Made by a program: the position numbers and the translations under genes. A stretch of 39,721 nt of DNA. Source: Solirubrobacterales bacterium. GTDB taxonomy: Bacteria > Actinomycetota > Thermoleophilia > Solirubrobacterales > 70-9. Positions 24,740 through 33,021 of the stretch are shown piece by piece. Where the stretch lies: contig JAUMFR010000132.1 of the NCBI GenBank assembly GCA_032119755.1, positions 1-39,721 of the forward strand. Reading direction: 5' to 3'. The notes below the pieces were generated by a model. The model saw only the letters and a program-made list of their open reading frames with translations, was not told where the DNA came from and did not search any database. Numbering within the stretch: position 1 is the first letter of the stretch; each line of letters begins with the position of its first letter.

Positions 24740-25633
24740 GTGAGCAGAGGAGAGCAGCACACGGTGCTGGTTGCCGACACGACCGGCTACCTGCCCAGCG
24801 AGACCGTCGATCACCTCGGAATCGAGTTGGTCAGCCTCTACGTGACCCTCGACGGGGTCACCGAGAAGGAAACCGAGATGGGCGACTTCTCGGAGTTCTA
24901 TGCGCGCCTCAGGGCGAGTGAAGGTATGCCCACTACCTCGCAACCATCTGTAGGCGACTTCATCGATGTCTACGAGCCGATCCTCGCCGAAGGTAAGGAG
25001 ATCCTCTCGGTGCACATCTCGGCAGGTCTCTCCGGCACCCACGAGACAGCAATCCAGGCGAAAGAGCAGTTGACGTCAGCGGGCAAGGGAGGCGAGAGAA
25101 TCGAGGTGTTCGACTCCCGCAGCGCTGCTGGCGGGACAGGGATGATGCAGTTGGCGGGAGCGGTGGCGGCACGTCAGGGCCAGAGTGCAGCGGACGCGCT
25201 TGCCACGGTGACGGCAGCTCGCGAGGAGCTGAAGATCTGGTTCGCCCCGGACACCCTCGAGTATCTGCGACGCGGCGGGAGGATCGGAGGAGCCCAGGCT
25301 CTGATCGGCTCTGCTCTGCAGATCAAGCCGATTCTGACCTTCGAAGAGGAGGTGACCCCCGGGGAGAAGGTCCGGACTTCGAAGAAGGTGGTCGAGCGGA
25401 TGAAGGCCCTCTCCGAGGAGCGTCACGCTGCAGGCGCCGACGGCTGGGTAATCCAGCACATCGACGACGCCGAGCGGGCAGATGCACTGGCTGAGGCCTG
25501 TCGCGAGATCTACGGATGCGAGCCTCTGATGATCTCCCAGATCGGTCCAGTCGTAGGTGCGCACGGTGGACCCGGGCTGCTCGGTACCGGGAGCATCCCG
25601 ACGAAGTTCGTCCCGAGGGACGTTCTTCGCTGA
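24740..25633 (+). CDS. DegV-family fatty-acid-binding protein
   Basis: VADTTGYLP, PTTSQPSVGDF, ILSVHISAGLSGTHETA, LEYLRRGGRIG and ALQIKPIL are DegV hallmarks. GTG 24764 is an alternative start. Confidence 0.85.
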   Translation: MSRGEQHTVLVADTTGYLPSETVDHLGIELVSLYVTLDGVTEKETEMGDFSEFYARLRASEGMPTTSQPSVGDFIDVYEPILAEGKEILSVHISAGLSGTHETAIQAKEQLTSAGKGGERIEVFDSRSAAGGTGMMQLAGAVAARQGQSAADALATVTAAREELKIWFAPDTLEYLRRGGRIGGAQALIGSALQIKPILTFEEEVTPGEKVRTSKKVVERMKALSEERHAAGADGWVIQHIDDAERADALAEACREIYGCEPLMISQIGPVVGAHGGPGLLGTGSIPTKFVPRDVLR

Positions 25634-25652
25634 TCCACTCTGATTCTGGCCG

Positions 25653-25910
25653 CTAGCTGCGTCGGCCGAGTGCGATCGCGACCCCTGCGATCGCACCGAT
25701 CGCGAGAGCGCCAGCGACCAACTCGCCCTTGTGCTTCGAGGCCTGCAGCTTGAGATCCGTAGCCTCGGTCCAGCGCTGCCTCAGTGCGCCTACCGAATCC
25801 GAGAGCTCTGAACGCTGGACCACGATGTCGTCGCGGATCTGATCCGCACTCCGCGCCCCCGGCGCCGGCATGGGCCTTCTGACCCGCGGATCTGTATTTC
25901 CCTCGCTCAC
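25653..25910 (-). CDS. DUF3618-like small membrane-anchored protein
   Basis: 85 aa. SADQIRDDIVVQRSELSDSVGALRQR, then a coiled segment, then a C-terminal TM (LVAGALAIGAIAGVAIALG). The GTG start overlaps the upstream stop (GTGA). Confidence 0.65.
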   Translation of the reverse strand: MSEGNTDPRVRRPMPAPGARSADQIRDDIVVQRSELSDSVGALRQRWTEATDLKLQASKHKGELVAGALAIGAIAGVAIALGRRS

Positions 25911-26500
25911 GACTTGACCTCCCCGCTGGTGGATCTCGATCCCTCTAGATCGGACTTGATCTCCTTGGCCTGCTCGATCGCCATCTCGGGCAACGGCGGC
26001 GCGGAGGTCTGGAAGGCCCGCCGCGCAAACAGGCCTGCACCTACTGCGACGAGGATGAAAATCACGGCTTCGATCAGGAAGCCGGCCCAGAACGAACTAC
26101 CGAAAAACGCGCTGTTGAGGCCCCAGGCGATCGCATGCATCAGGAGGATCAAGGCGAGGACAGCGAATATCCCCGCCGCCACTCCGACCACCGAGCCACG
26201 GACCAGCCGGTTGAATTTCTCGGAGACCTCCGTCTTGGCGAGCTCGATCTCTTCCCTGAACAGCACCGTCGCCCGATCGGTTACCTCGAATGCGAGCTCA
26301 CCGATGGTCATGTCATCGAGACCCCTTGCGCCCGCGGCATCAGACCCGGTTCGGGGTGCGGATCCGGCAGAGCCCGTAGCCGAACCCGCAGCTGCTCCCG
26401 AGCCTGCGCCGGAGCGAGGACGCTGAGCACCTGCACCCTGTGTCCCCTTCCCGGCCGACGGTGTCGCCGGTGACTTGGGCTGTCCCTCTGGCTGACTCAC
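25907..26500 (-). CDS. 'holin-X' (Phage_holin_3_6 / DUF1469)-family membrane protein with a G/A/S-rich N-terminus
   Basis: Core is IGELAFEVTDRATVLFREEIELAKTEVSEKFNRLVRGSVVGVAAGIFAVLALILLMHAIAWGL...AGFLIEAVIFILVAVGAGLFARRAF: an amphipathic helix plus two TM, as in actinobacterial holin-X proteins. GTGA overlap with the upstream gene. Confidence 0.7.
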   Translation of the reverse strand: MSQPEGQPKSPATPSAGKGTQGAGAQRPRSGAGSGAAAGSATGSAGSAPRTGSDAAGARGLDDMTIGELAFEVTDRATVLFREEIELAKTEVSEKFNRLVRGSVVGVAAGIFAVLALILLMHAIAWGLNSAFFGSSFWAGFLIEAVIFILVAVGAGLFARRAFQTSAPPLPEMAIEQAKEIKSDLEGSRSTSGEVKS

Positions 26501-26691
26501 TCGGGCGGCTCCTCGTTGAAAGCGCGCTTCCAGATCGCGGCGGAGGCCCTGCGGGCCAACAGAGCGGCGAGGGCGCTGGTGGTCACCGTGAGACCGGTCC
26601 AGACGAGTCGTCTGACCATCTCGTTTTCTTGCTCGGTGCCGGGCACGGGGCTCGAGACTCGCTCGCTTGTCGAACTCAGGGACACGTCCAT
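26497..26691 (-). CDS. small DUF4235-like protein (tentative)
   Basis: The C-terminal half, MVRRLVWTGLTVTTSALAALLARRASAAIWKRAFNEEPPE, resembles DUF4235 (TM followed by W/K and an acidic-Pro end). Start is uncertain (ATG 26691 or ATG 26619). Confidence 0.5.
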   Translation of the reverse strand: MDVSLSSTSERVSSPVPGTEQENEMVRRLVWTGLTVTTSALAALLARRASAAIWKRAFNEEPPE

Positions 26692-26733
26692 TGAGTAAAC
26701 CAGCCTGAGACCGAAAACGCGGGAGGGATCCTT

Positions 26734-27351
26734 CTAATCACCGACGGGCTCGGAGATCGGAGCGAGGCCACGGTAGATCGTGTCGACGACCAGTTCCTTG
26801 GCCCGGTCGAACTCCTCCTCGTTGGCCGGAACCAGCTCGAAGATCCAACCGGAGAGGAACTGCTCCACCGCGCCGAAGAAGAGGAGTGATGCGTCGGTCG
26901 AAGAGACGTCACTTCGCATCTCACCCTTCTGCTGGGCCTGCTCGACGAAAGAGGCCACCTGGTCGTAAGCACGGGTGATCTCGGGCAGATGAATGCGGCC
27001 GAACGAGTTCGCCGCCCGGGTCACCTCGACGATCACGACCTTCATCACCTCGGGCTGGTAGCGATAGCTGTCGACGATGAATGCGGCGGCGGCGGAGAGC
27101 TTCTCGCGCGGGGTCTCGAGGGACTCGTCCGCCTCGGCCATCGCAGCGAGCAGGAGCGACCAACGCTCGCTGAAGAGTTCGTTGAGCATCTGCTCCTTCG
27201 AGTCGAAGTAGTGGTAGACCAGCCCGTGAGCAACACCGGCTTCGCTGGCGATGTCCGAGACACGGGATGCGTGGAAGCCCTTCTCGGCGAAGACCTTGGT
27301 AGCGGCCTCGAGGATCGATCGGCGCTTGTCGGCAGCCTTCTCGCTCGCCAT
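26734..27351 (-). CDS. TetR/AcrR-family transcriptional regulator
   Basis: Trimmed to ATG 27351 (MASEKAADKRRSILEAATKVFAEKGFHASRVSDIASEAGVAHGLVYHYFDSKEQML, the canonical TetR HTH). It begins 2 nt after the C-N hydrolase stop. Confidence 0.9.
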   Translation of the reverse strand: MASEKAADKRRSILEAATKVFAEKGFHASRVSDIASEAGVAHGLVYHYFDSKEQMLNELFSERWSLLLAAMAEADESLETPREKLSAAAAFIVDSYRYQPEVMKVVIVEVTRAANSFGRIHLPEITRAYDQVASFVEQAQQKGEMRSDVSSTDASLLFFGAVEQFLSGWIFELVPANEEEFDRAKELVVDTIYRGLAPISEPVGD

Positions 27352-27353
27352 CG

Positions 27354-28259
27354 CTACAGCGCCCCCTGGACCGCGGGGGTCATCTTGGCGGCACCGGGCC
27401 ACGGGTAACTCTCCGGTCGGCGAGAGTCGATGGCAGGGATCTGGTCACGCACGCTTGCAAGGGAGGAGAGGTCGCAGTCGGCGACCGCCACCCCCACCCC
27501 ATCCTGGACCCGTGCCAATACGGTCCCCCACGCGTCGCACAAAAGCGAGTTGCCGAAGCTGTCGTACTGGGGCTCGGCATGTCCACTCTGGTTGGCTGCC
27601 GCGATGAAGGTCTGGTTCTCGATCGCCCGTGCGCGGAGCAAGACCTCCCAGTGAGCGGCTCCGGTGTGTCTCGTGAAGGCGGAGGGAACGGTGATCAGGT
27701 TCGCCCCGCGAAGCGAGAGGATCCTGAACAACTCGGGAAAGCGCAGGTCGAAGCAGATCGTCATCCCGAGATCGAAACCTGTCTCGCCCAGCGGCACCTC
27801 CACGACCTCCTCGCCGGGTTCTTCGGTTGCGGACTCGCGGTACTGGACCCCGTCGACCTCGACGTCGAACAGGTGGATCTTGCGATAGACCGCGAGGTTG
27901 CTGCCGTCCGGGCCGAAGAGAACCGAGGTGTTCGAGAGCTTCTCCCTGTCCGCCCGGCGCTCCGCGAAGCTGCCGGCCAGCAGGAAGATTCCCCTCTCGG
28001 ACGCCCAGGTCGCGGCGGAGGACATCGCCGGGCCATCGAGTGGTTCAGCACCTTCCAGGAGAGTCTCGGGTGAGCCGAGCAGCGGCCATTTCTCGGGCAG
28101 CACGACCAACTCGGCCCCTTCATCGACAGCACGCGCCACCAGACCGTCGGCGGCCTCGAGATTGAGATCTCGATCGCTGCCGGAGTTCATCTGTACCACT
28201 CCTACCCGCACCCGCTCAAACCTTCCTTCGACTGGACTGGAAATTGACTGATCCGTCAA
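27354..28259 (-). CDS. carbon-nitrogen hydrolase (nitrilase superfamily, Nit/omega-amidase-like)
   Basis: The Glu-Lys-Cys triad contexts are all present: VVLPEKW, YRKIHLFD, MTICFDLRFPE. AAHWEVLLRARAIENQ is also present. The ORF-track start is TTG 28259. GTG 28211 (VRVGVVQMN, preceded by GGAAGG) is a good alternative. Confidence 0.85.
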   Translation of the reverse strand: MTDQSISSPVEGRFERVRVGVVQMNSGSDRDLNLEAADGLVARAVDEGAELVVLPEKWPLLGSPETLLEGAEPLDGPAMSSAATWASERGIFLLAGSFAERRADREKLSNTSVLFGPDGSNLAVYRKIHLFDVEVDGVQYRESATEEPGEEVVEVPLGETGFDLGMTICFDLRFPELFRILSLRGANLITVPSAFTRHTGAAHWEVLLRARAIENQTFIAAANQSGHAEPQYDSFGNSLLCDAWGTVLARVQDGVGVAVADCDLSSLASVRDQIPAIDSRRPESYPWPGAAKMTPAVQGAL

Positions 28260-28312
28260 TCTAGCGCCGTTCGAAGCATGCGGTTGGCAGGCGACGACCG
28301 TAACTCGTCCTC

Positions 28313-29590
28313 TCAGGCGAGGAAGGAGCCCGACTGCTCGGCGTCGGGATCGTTCAATCCGGCGGCCGATCCGCTGGAGATCAGCTGCTCGATCTCGTCC
28401 TCACGGAAGCCTGCCTCTGTGAGAACCTCGGCAGTGTGCTCGCCGAGCGCGGGGGCAGCTGCCGGCGGGCGAGCGGGTGTTCGGGAGAACGGAACCGGGA
28501 AGGCGAGCTGGCGGACCTTCCCGAGTTCGGGCTGATCGAGCTCTACGACCATCTCCCGCTCCATCGCCTGCTGCGAGTCCAATGCCTCGTCCAGATCGAG
28601 CACCGGCTCGATGCAGCAGTCATGCTCGTCGTTGAACTCCCGCCACTCATCGCGGGTCCGCGAGGAGAACACCTCGGAGATCTCGCGCCACGCATCTGAT
28701 CCCGGAGCCTCGAACTGCTGCTCGATCAAGTCCGCACGATCCACCCCACCACACCAGGCCGCCCAGAACTTCGGCTCGAGGGCTCCACAGGTGACCCAGC
28801 CGTCGGAGGCGCGGTACGGCATGTAACAGACGAAAGCACCTGCGAGCTCCAGCCGGCCGCGCTCGGGGGCGATCCCTTCGGCGAAGTACTTGGCGGCGAC
28901 CATGACCAGCCAGCTGGCTGCACCGTCGGTCATCGACACGTCCACCATCTGCCCCTCGCCCGAGTTACGCGCCTCGTGGACCGCAGCGAGGATCGCGAAG
29001 GCCGCGGCCATCGCTCCACCGCCTAGATCGGCGATCTGAACCGCGGGCTGGACCGGCGGGCCGTCGACCTCGCCGTTCAGGCCCAGGACCCCATTCAGGC
29101 CGAGATAGTTCATGTCGTGTCCGGCGCGGTCTCGATTCGGTCCGCTCTGTCCGTAGCCGGTGATCGGGCAATAGACGAGTCGGGGATTGGCCTGGTTCAG
29201 TTCCTCGTATCCGATGCCGAGGCGGTCCATCACGCCTGGGCGGAACGACTCCACCAACACATCGGCATCTGCGACAAGCCGGAGCAGGGCTTCACGACCG
29301 GCGTCGGACTTGAGATCGAGCCTGATCGAGCGTTTGCTCCGGTTCAACGCCAGGAAGTAGGCAGATCTGGTGCCGAGTCGCTGGAGGTCCTCGTCGCCGT
29401 AGTAGGGAGGGGCCCAGCGCACATAGTCACCGGCCCCGGTGTCCTCGACCTTGATCACATCCGCGCCGAGATCGGCGAGCATCAGGGTGCAGAAGCCACC
29501 CGGAAGCAATCGGCTGAGATCGAGCACACGCAGATCCGAGAGGGGCCCATTGCCGCTCTTTCCGGCCACAGGGTCAGGCTCCGGCGGCAT
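28313..29590 (-). CDS. family III CoA-transferase (CaiB/BaiF/alpha-methylacyl-CoA racemase family)
   Basis: GPLSDLRVLDLSRLLPGGFCTLMLADLGADVIKVE, RSKRSI.LDLK, DVLVESFRPGV and GYGQSGP are typical family III motifs. Overlaps the BKACE gene end by 17 nt. GTG 29569 is an alternative start. Confidence 0.9.
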   Translation of the reverse strand: MPPEPDPVAGKSGNGPLSDLRVLDLSRLLPGGFCTLMLADLGADVIKVEDTGAGDYVRWAPPYYGDEDLQRLGTRSAYFLALNRSKRSIRLDLKSDAGREALLRLVADADVLVESFRPGVMDRLGIGYEELNQANPRLVYCPITGYGQSGPNRDRAGHDMNYLGLNGVLGLNGEVDGPPVQPAVQIADLGGGAMAAAFAILAAVHEARNSGEGQMVDVSMTDGAASWLVMVAAKYFAEGIAPERGRLELAGAFVCYMPYRASDGWVTCGALEPKFWAAWCGGVDRADLIEQQFEAPGSDAWREISEVFSSRTRDEWREFNDEHDCCIEPVLDLDEALDSQQAMEREMVVELDQPELGKVRQLAFPVPFSRTPARPPAAAPALGEHTAEVLTEAGFREDEIEQLISSGSAAGLNDPDAEQSGSFLA

Positions 29591-30467
29591 CGCGCGCCGG
29601 CAGACCGAGCATCTGTCGAGCCTCCGTCACGGTGGCCGCCCGGCGGCCGATCTCCTCGGCCATCTCACGCGCCTTGGCGATCAAGTCACCGTTCGAGGTC
29701 GCCATCTCTCCGTCGGGTAGGTAGAGGTTGTCCTCGAGGCCGGCGCGGACGTTCCCGCCCAGAGTGAGGGCGGAGCCGATCAGCTTCCACTGATCGCGTG
29801 AGACTCCGATCAACTGCCAGTTGTTGGGCCCCTCCGCCCCACCGGGTACCTGCTCGGACATGAAGGCGACGTTCCTCGGAGTCGGCCGGATCCCACCGGT
29901 CACTCCCATCACGAGCGAGATCTGCAGCGGGGGCTCGAGCAGTCCCATGTCGAGCAGCGGGTCGAGGTTCGCTACATGGCCGGCGTCGAAGCACTCGTGC
30001 TCGGGCTGGATGCCCGCCGCCTGCATCGCCTCGATCAGTTCGATGATCTCGTCGAAGCTGTTCTCGAAGACCGCCTTGAATACGAAATCCTTTCGCCTGC
30101 GCGAGTACTTGGCGTAGTTCATCGAACTCATGTTCAGCGCGGCGACATCGGGGCGCAGTTCTTCGAGATAGGCGATCCGCTTCTCGAGCGGGATTCCGAT
30201 CGCGCCGGTCGAGTAGTTGATGATCACATCGTCGACCTCGGATTTGATCGCCTCGGTGATGTGCCTGAAGTCCTCGACCTCGTAGGAGGGCGTTCCCTCC
30301 GGGGTTCGGGCATGGATGTGGATCTGCGACGCGCCTTCGTCGACCGCCCGCCTGGCCTCCGCCGCGTACTCCTCGGGCGTGTAGGGGATCGCCGGGCACT
30401 GCTCGCGGTTGGCGATCGCGCCGGAGATCGAGCAGCTGATGATCACCGGGTCCTCGTACCTGCTCAT
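29574..30467 (-). CDS. beta-keto acid cleavage enzyme (BKACE / 3-keto-5-aminohexanoate cleavage enzyme family, DUF849)
   Basis: VIISCSISGA, IPYTPEEYAAEARRAVDEGASQIHIHAR, EHECFDAGHV and GGNVRAGLEDNLYL match the Kce/BKACE TIM-barrel family. ATGA overlap with the upstream carboxyltransferase gene. Confidence 0.9.
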   Translation of the reverse strand: MSRYEDPVIISCSISGAIANREQCPAIPYTPEEYAAEARRAVDEGASQIHIHARTPEGTPSYEVEDFRHITEAIKSEVDDVIINYSTGAIGIPLEKRIAYLEELRPDVAALNMSSMNYAKYSRRRKDFVFKAVFENSFDEIIELIEAMQAAGIQPEHECFDAGHVANLDPLLDMGLLEPPLQISLVMGVTGGIRPTPRNVAFMSEQVPGGAEGPNNWQLIGVSRDQWKLIGSALTLGGNVRAGLEDNLYLPDGEMATSNGDLIAKAREMAEEIGRRAATVTEARQMLGLPARDAAGA

Positions 30468-32044
30468 ACCGGCATCACACCGTGTCGCTTCCAGGGACGC
30501 GCAACCCGCTTGTCCTTTGCCATCTGGAGTGCCTTGATCACCGTCGGGCGGGTCTCGCGCGGATCGATGATGTCGTCGATCATCGCGTTGCCGCCCGGGA
30601 TGTAGGGGTCGATTATCTTCTGGACGTTCTCGAGCATCTCCGCGCGGGTCTTCTCGGGGTCATCCGATGCCTCGATCGCAGAGCGGCCGATGATGTTGAC
30701 CGCTCCCTCGGCGCCCATGACCGAGATCTCGGCGGTCGGCCACGCCACGATCAAGTCCGGCTCGTAGGCCTTGCCGTTCATCACGTAGTAGCCGGCGCCA
30801 TAGGCCTTGCGGACGATCACGGTCACCTTCGGCACTGTGGCCCGGGAGACCGCGTAGAGCATCTTCGCTCCGTGGCGGATGATGCCAGCATGCTCCACCT
30901 TCGAGCCGACCATGAATCCGGGTACATCCTGGAGGAAGAGGAGCGGAATCCCGAAGGCGTCGCAAAGGTTGACGAAGCGCGCCGCCTTGTCCGCGGAGTC
31001 GTTTTCGAGGATGCCGCCGAGGTGCTTGGGCTGGCTCGCGACAATCCCGCAGGGCATGCCGCCGAATCTCGCGAGACAGGTGATGATGGTGCGGGCGAAC
31101 TTCGGCTTCAGATCGAAGTACTCGCCGTCGTCGACGATCTCCGTGATCAGGTCGTACATGTCGTAGGGGTGGCGCGACGACTCGGGGACGATCTCCAGCA
31201 ACTTCTCCGAAGCGCGGTCGACCGGATCAGAGCACTCGAAAACCGGCGGAGACTGCTCGCAGTTGGACGGGAAGTAGGAGAGGTACTTCTTGATCGCCTC
31301 GATGCACTCGGCGTCATCGGCCACCTCGAGGTCGCCGACCCCGGACTTGCGACAGTGGACCTTGGCGCCTCCGAGATCCTCCATCGAGATCTCCTCGCCG
31401 GTCACTGCCTGTGTGAGGTGCGGGCCGGCGAGCGCCATCGCGCCCTGACCGGAGACCATCGGAACGAAGTCCGACAACGCGGGGATGTAGGCGGTTCCGG
31501 CGGCACAGGGCCCCATCATCGCGGCGACCATCGGGACCACTCCGGAAAGCACCACCTCCTCCTGGAAGAGGTGGCCCGAGCCAGCGAAGAGTGATCCTGC
31601 CGCCTCCTGGATCCTCGCACCAGCCGAGTCGAGCAGCCAGATCAGCGGCATGCGCTGCTGAAGGGCCATCTCGCGCATCCGGGTGACCTTGAGTTCGCCG
31701 GTCATCCCCATCGAGCCGGCCATCACGGTGAAGTCGTAGGCGGCGATCGCGCAGTCGCGACCGCCGACCTTGCCCCATCCGGTGATCACCCCGTCGGCGG
31801 GTGCCTCCTTGCCATCCATCGAGCGCTGCGAGAAGTGCGGGGTGCCGTGGATTCCGAGCTCGGTGAAGCTTCCTTCGTCGCAGAGCAGGTCGAGACGCTC
31901 GCGGGCTGTCAGCTTGCCTCGTTCGTGCTGGACCGCGATCTTCTCCTCGCCGCCGCCGAGGCGCGCCTTCTCGCGGCGCTGCTCGAGATCGTCGACCAAC
32001 TCGCGCATCTTCTTGCCGGGTTCGCTCTTTTCCTGGTCGCTCAT
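30464..32044 (-). CDS. acyl-CoA carboxylase carboxyltransferase (beta) subunit (PccB/AccD/MccB-like)
   Basis: GKLTARERLDLLCDEGSF.E, DFTVMAGSMG, and the second CT-domain half (FGIPLLFLQDVPGFMVG...EH.GIIRHGAKMLYAV, VIVRKAYGAGYYVM). I prefer ATG 32044 (MSDQEK), which has GGAAGGG upstream and an ATGA overlap with the crotonase stop. The ORF track gives ATG 32056. Confidence 0.9.
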   Translation of the reverse strand: MSDQEKSEPGKKMRELVDDLEQRREKARLGGGEEKIAVQHERGKLTARERLDLLCDEGSFTELGIHGTPHFSQRSMDGKEAPADGVITGWGKVGGRDCAIAAYDFTVMAGSMGMTGELKVTRMREMALQQRMPLIWLLDSAGARIQEAAGSLFAGSGHLFQEEVVLSGVVPMVAAMMGPCAAGTAYIPALSDFVPMVSGQGAMALAGPHLTQAVTGEEISMEDLGGAKVHCRKSGVGDLEVADDAECIEAIKKYLSYFPSNCEQSPPVFECSDPVDRASEKLLEIVPESSRHPYDMYDLITEIVDDGEYFDLKPKFARTIITCLARFGGMPCGIVASQPKHLGGILENDSADKAARFVNLCDAFGIPLLFLQDVPGFMVGSKVEHAGIIRHGAKMLYAVSRATVPKVTVIVRKAYGAGYYVMNGKAYEPDLIVAWPTAEISVMGAEGAVNIIGRSAIEASDDPEKTRAEMLENVQKIIDPYIPGGNAMIDDIIDPRETRPTVIKALQMAKDKRVARPWKRHGVMPV

Positions 32045-32820
32045 CGTCCCTTCCATTCCGGGTCGCGCTTCTCGAAGAAGGCGGATACCCCCTCGCGGAT
32101 GTCTTCGGTCGAGAAGGTGAGTGAGAGTTGTGAGCGCAACATCTCGAGCGCGTCTTCGAAAGCCATGTCCTGCTGTCTGTACATCGCGTCATGGCCGAGA
32201 CGCATCAGGACCGGACTCTTGGAGGCAAGACGGGTTGCCCAGTCGGCGACGGCATCGTCGAACTCGTTCACCGGAACCACCTTGTTGGCCAGCCCGCATG
32301 CGACCGCATCCTCGGCCGAGATCTGCTCGCCGAGGAGCATCATCTCGTTGACCTTCTTACGCGGGACGTTGCGATAGATCAGAGCCATGATCATGTAGGG
32401 GAAGGCACCGACGTTGATCTCCGGCGTGCCGAATCGAGCTCCTTCACGGACGATCACCAGATCGCAGGAGAGCGCGAGTCCCATCCCTCCGGCGAGCACG
32501 TGGCCGTTTGCCGCACACAGTGAGGGCTTGCCGAGCTTCGGCATCAACGAGAAGAACTCGAGGAAGAGATCCGAGGCGAAGTGCTTCTCGACCAGAGGGG
32601 TCTCGGCAGCGAAACCTCCGAGGTCGGCGCCGGCGCAGAAGACCTTGTCTCCTGCCCCGGTCAGGACCACTGCGCGAACTCCGTCGTCATCTCGAGCCTG
32701 CTTCATCGCATCGACCAACGCGGCGAGCAGTTCGCCGTTCAGGGCGTTGCGCTGATCGGGGCGGTTCAAGGTGACGGTTGCGACTCCGTCGACGACCTCG
32801 TAAAGGAGCTCTTCAGGCAT
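32041..32820 (-). CDS. enoyl-CoA hydratase/isomerase (crotonase) family protein
   Basis: VATVTLNRPDQRNAL, VVLTGAGDKVFCAGADL, ANGHVLAGGMGLALSCDL and FGTPEINVG are canonical crotonase motifs. Confidence 0.9.
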   Translation of the reverse strand: MPEELLYEVVDGVATVTLNRPDQRNALNGELLAALVDAMKQARDDDGVRAVVLTGAGDKVFCAGADLGGFAAETPLVEKHFASDLFLEFFSLMPKLGKPSLCAANGHVLAGGMGLALSCDLVIVREGARFGTPEINVGAFPYMIMALIYRNVPRKKVNEMMLLGEQISAEDAVACGLANKVVPVNEFDDAVADWATRLASKSPVLMRLGHDAMYRQQDMAFEDALEMLRSQLSLTFSTEDIREGVSAFFEKRDPEWKGR

Positions 32821-33021
32821 GCGATCAGGAGGCTAATGGATTCACAGCCGGGGACCCACGCCCGACGACCCCACCTAGAGTGACCGATTCCACAGACCGT
32901 TCCCGCACTCCGCGTGAGCCACCCGGTATCTTTCCCGGTCTGGTACCGCAAATCCGGTCGGCAGCCCCTGGACTTTCCCAAGGCGCCGAACCGGCCAACT
33001 CAAGCGAAAAGGAGCCAAGAA

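Noticed and set aside
25907-26500. A prophage or lysis cassette, suggested by the 'phage holin' family name.
   Set aside because: There is no endolysin, terminase, capsid, tail, integrase or att-like repeat anywhere in the window. The neighbours are chromosomal metabolic genes. The holin-X family is widespread in non-phage actinobacterial loci.
32900-32950. A TetR operator in the divergent region between the crotonase operon and the acyl-CoA dehydrogenases (CCCGGT direct repeat, CGGTA-n15-TACCG).
   Set aside because: Only 5-6-nt arms with irregular spacing, which is not distinguishable from chance.
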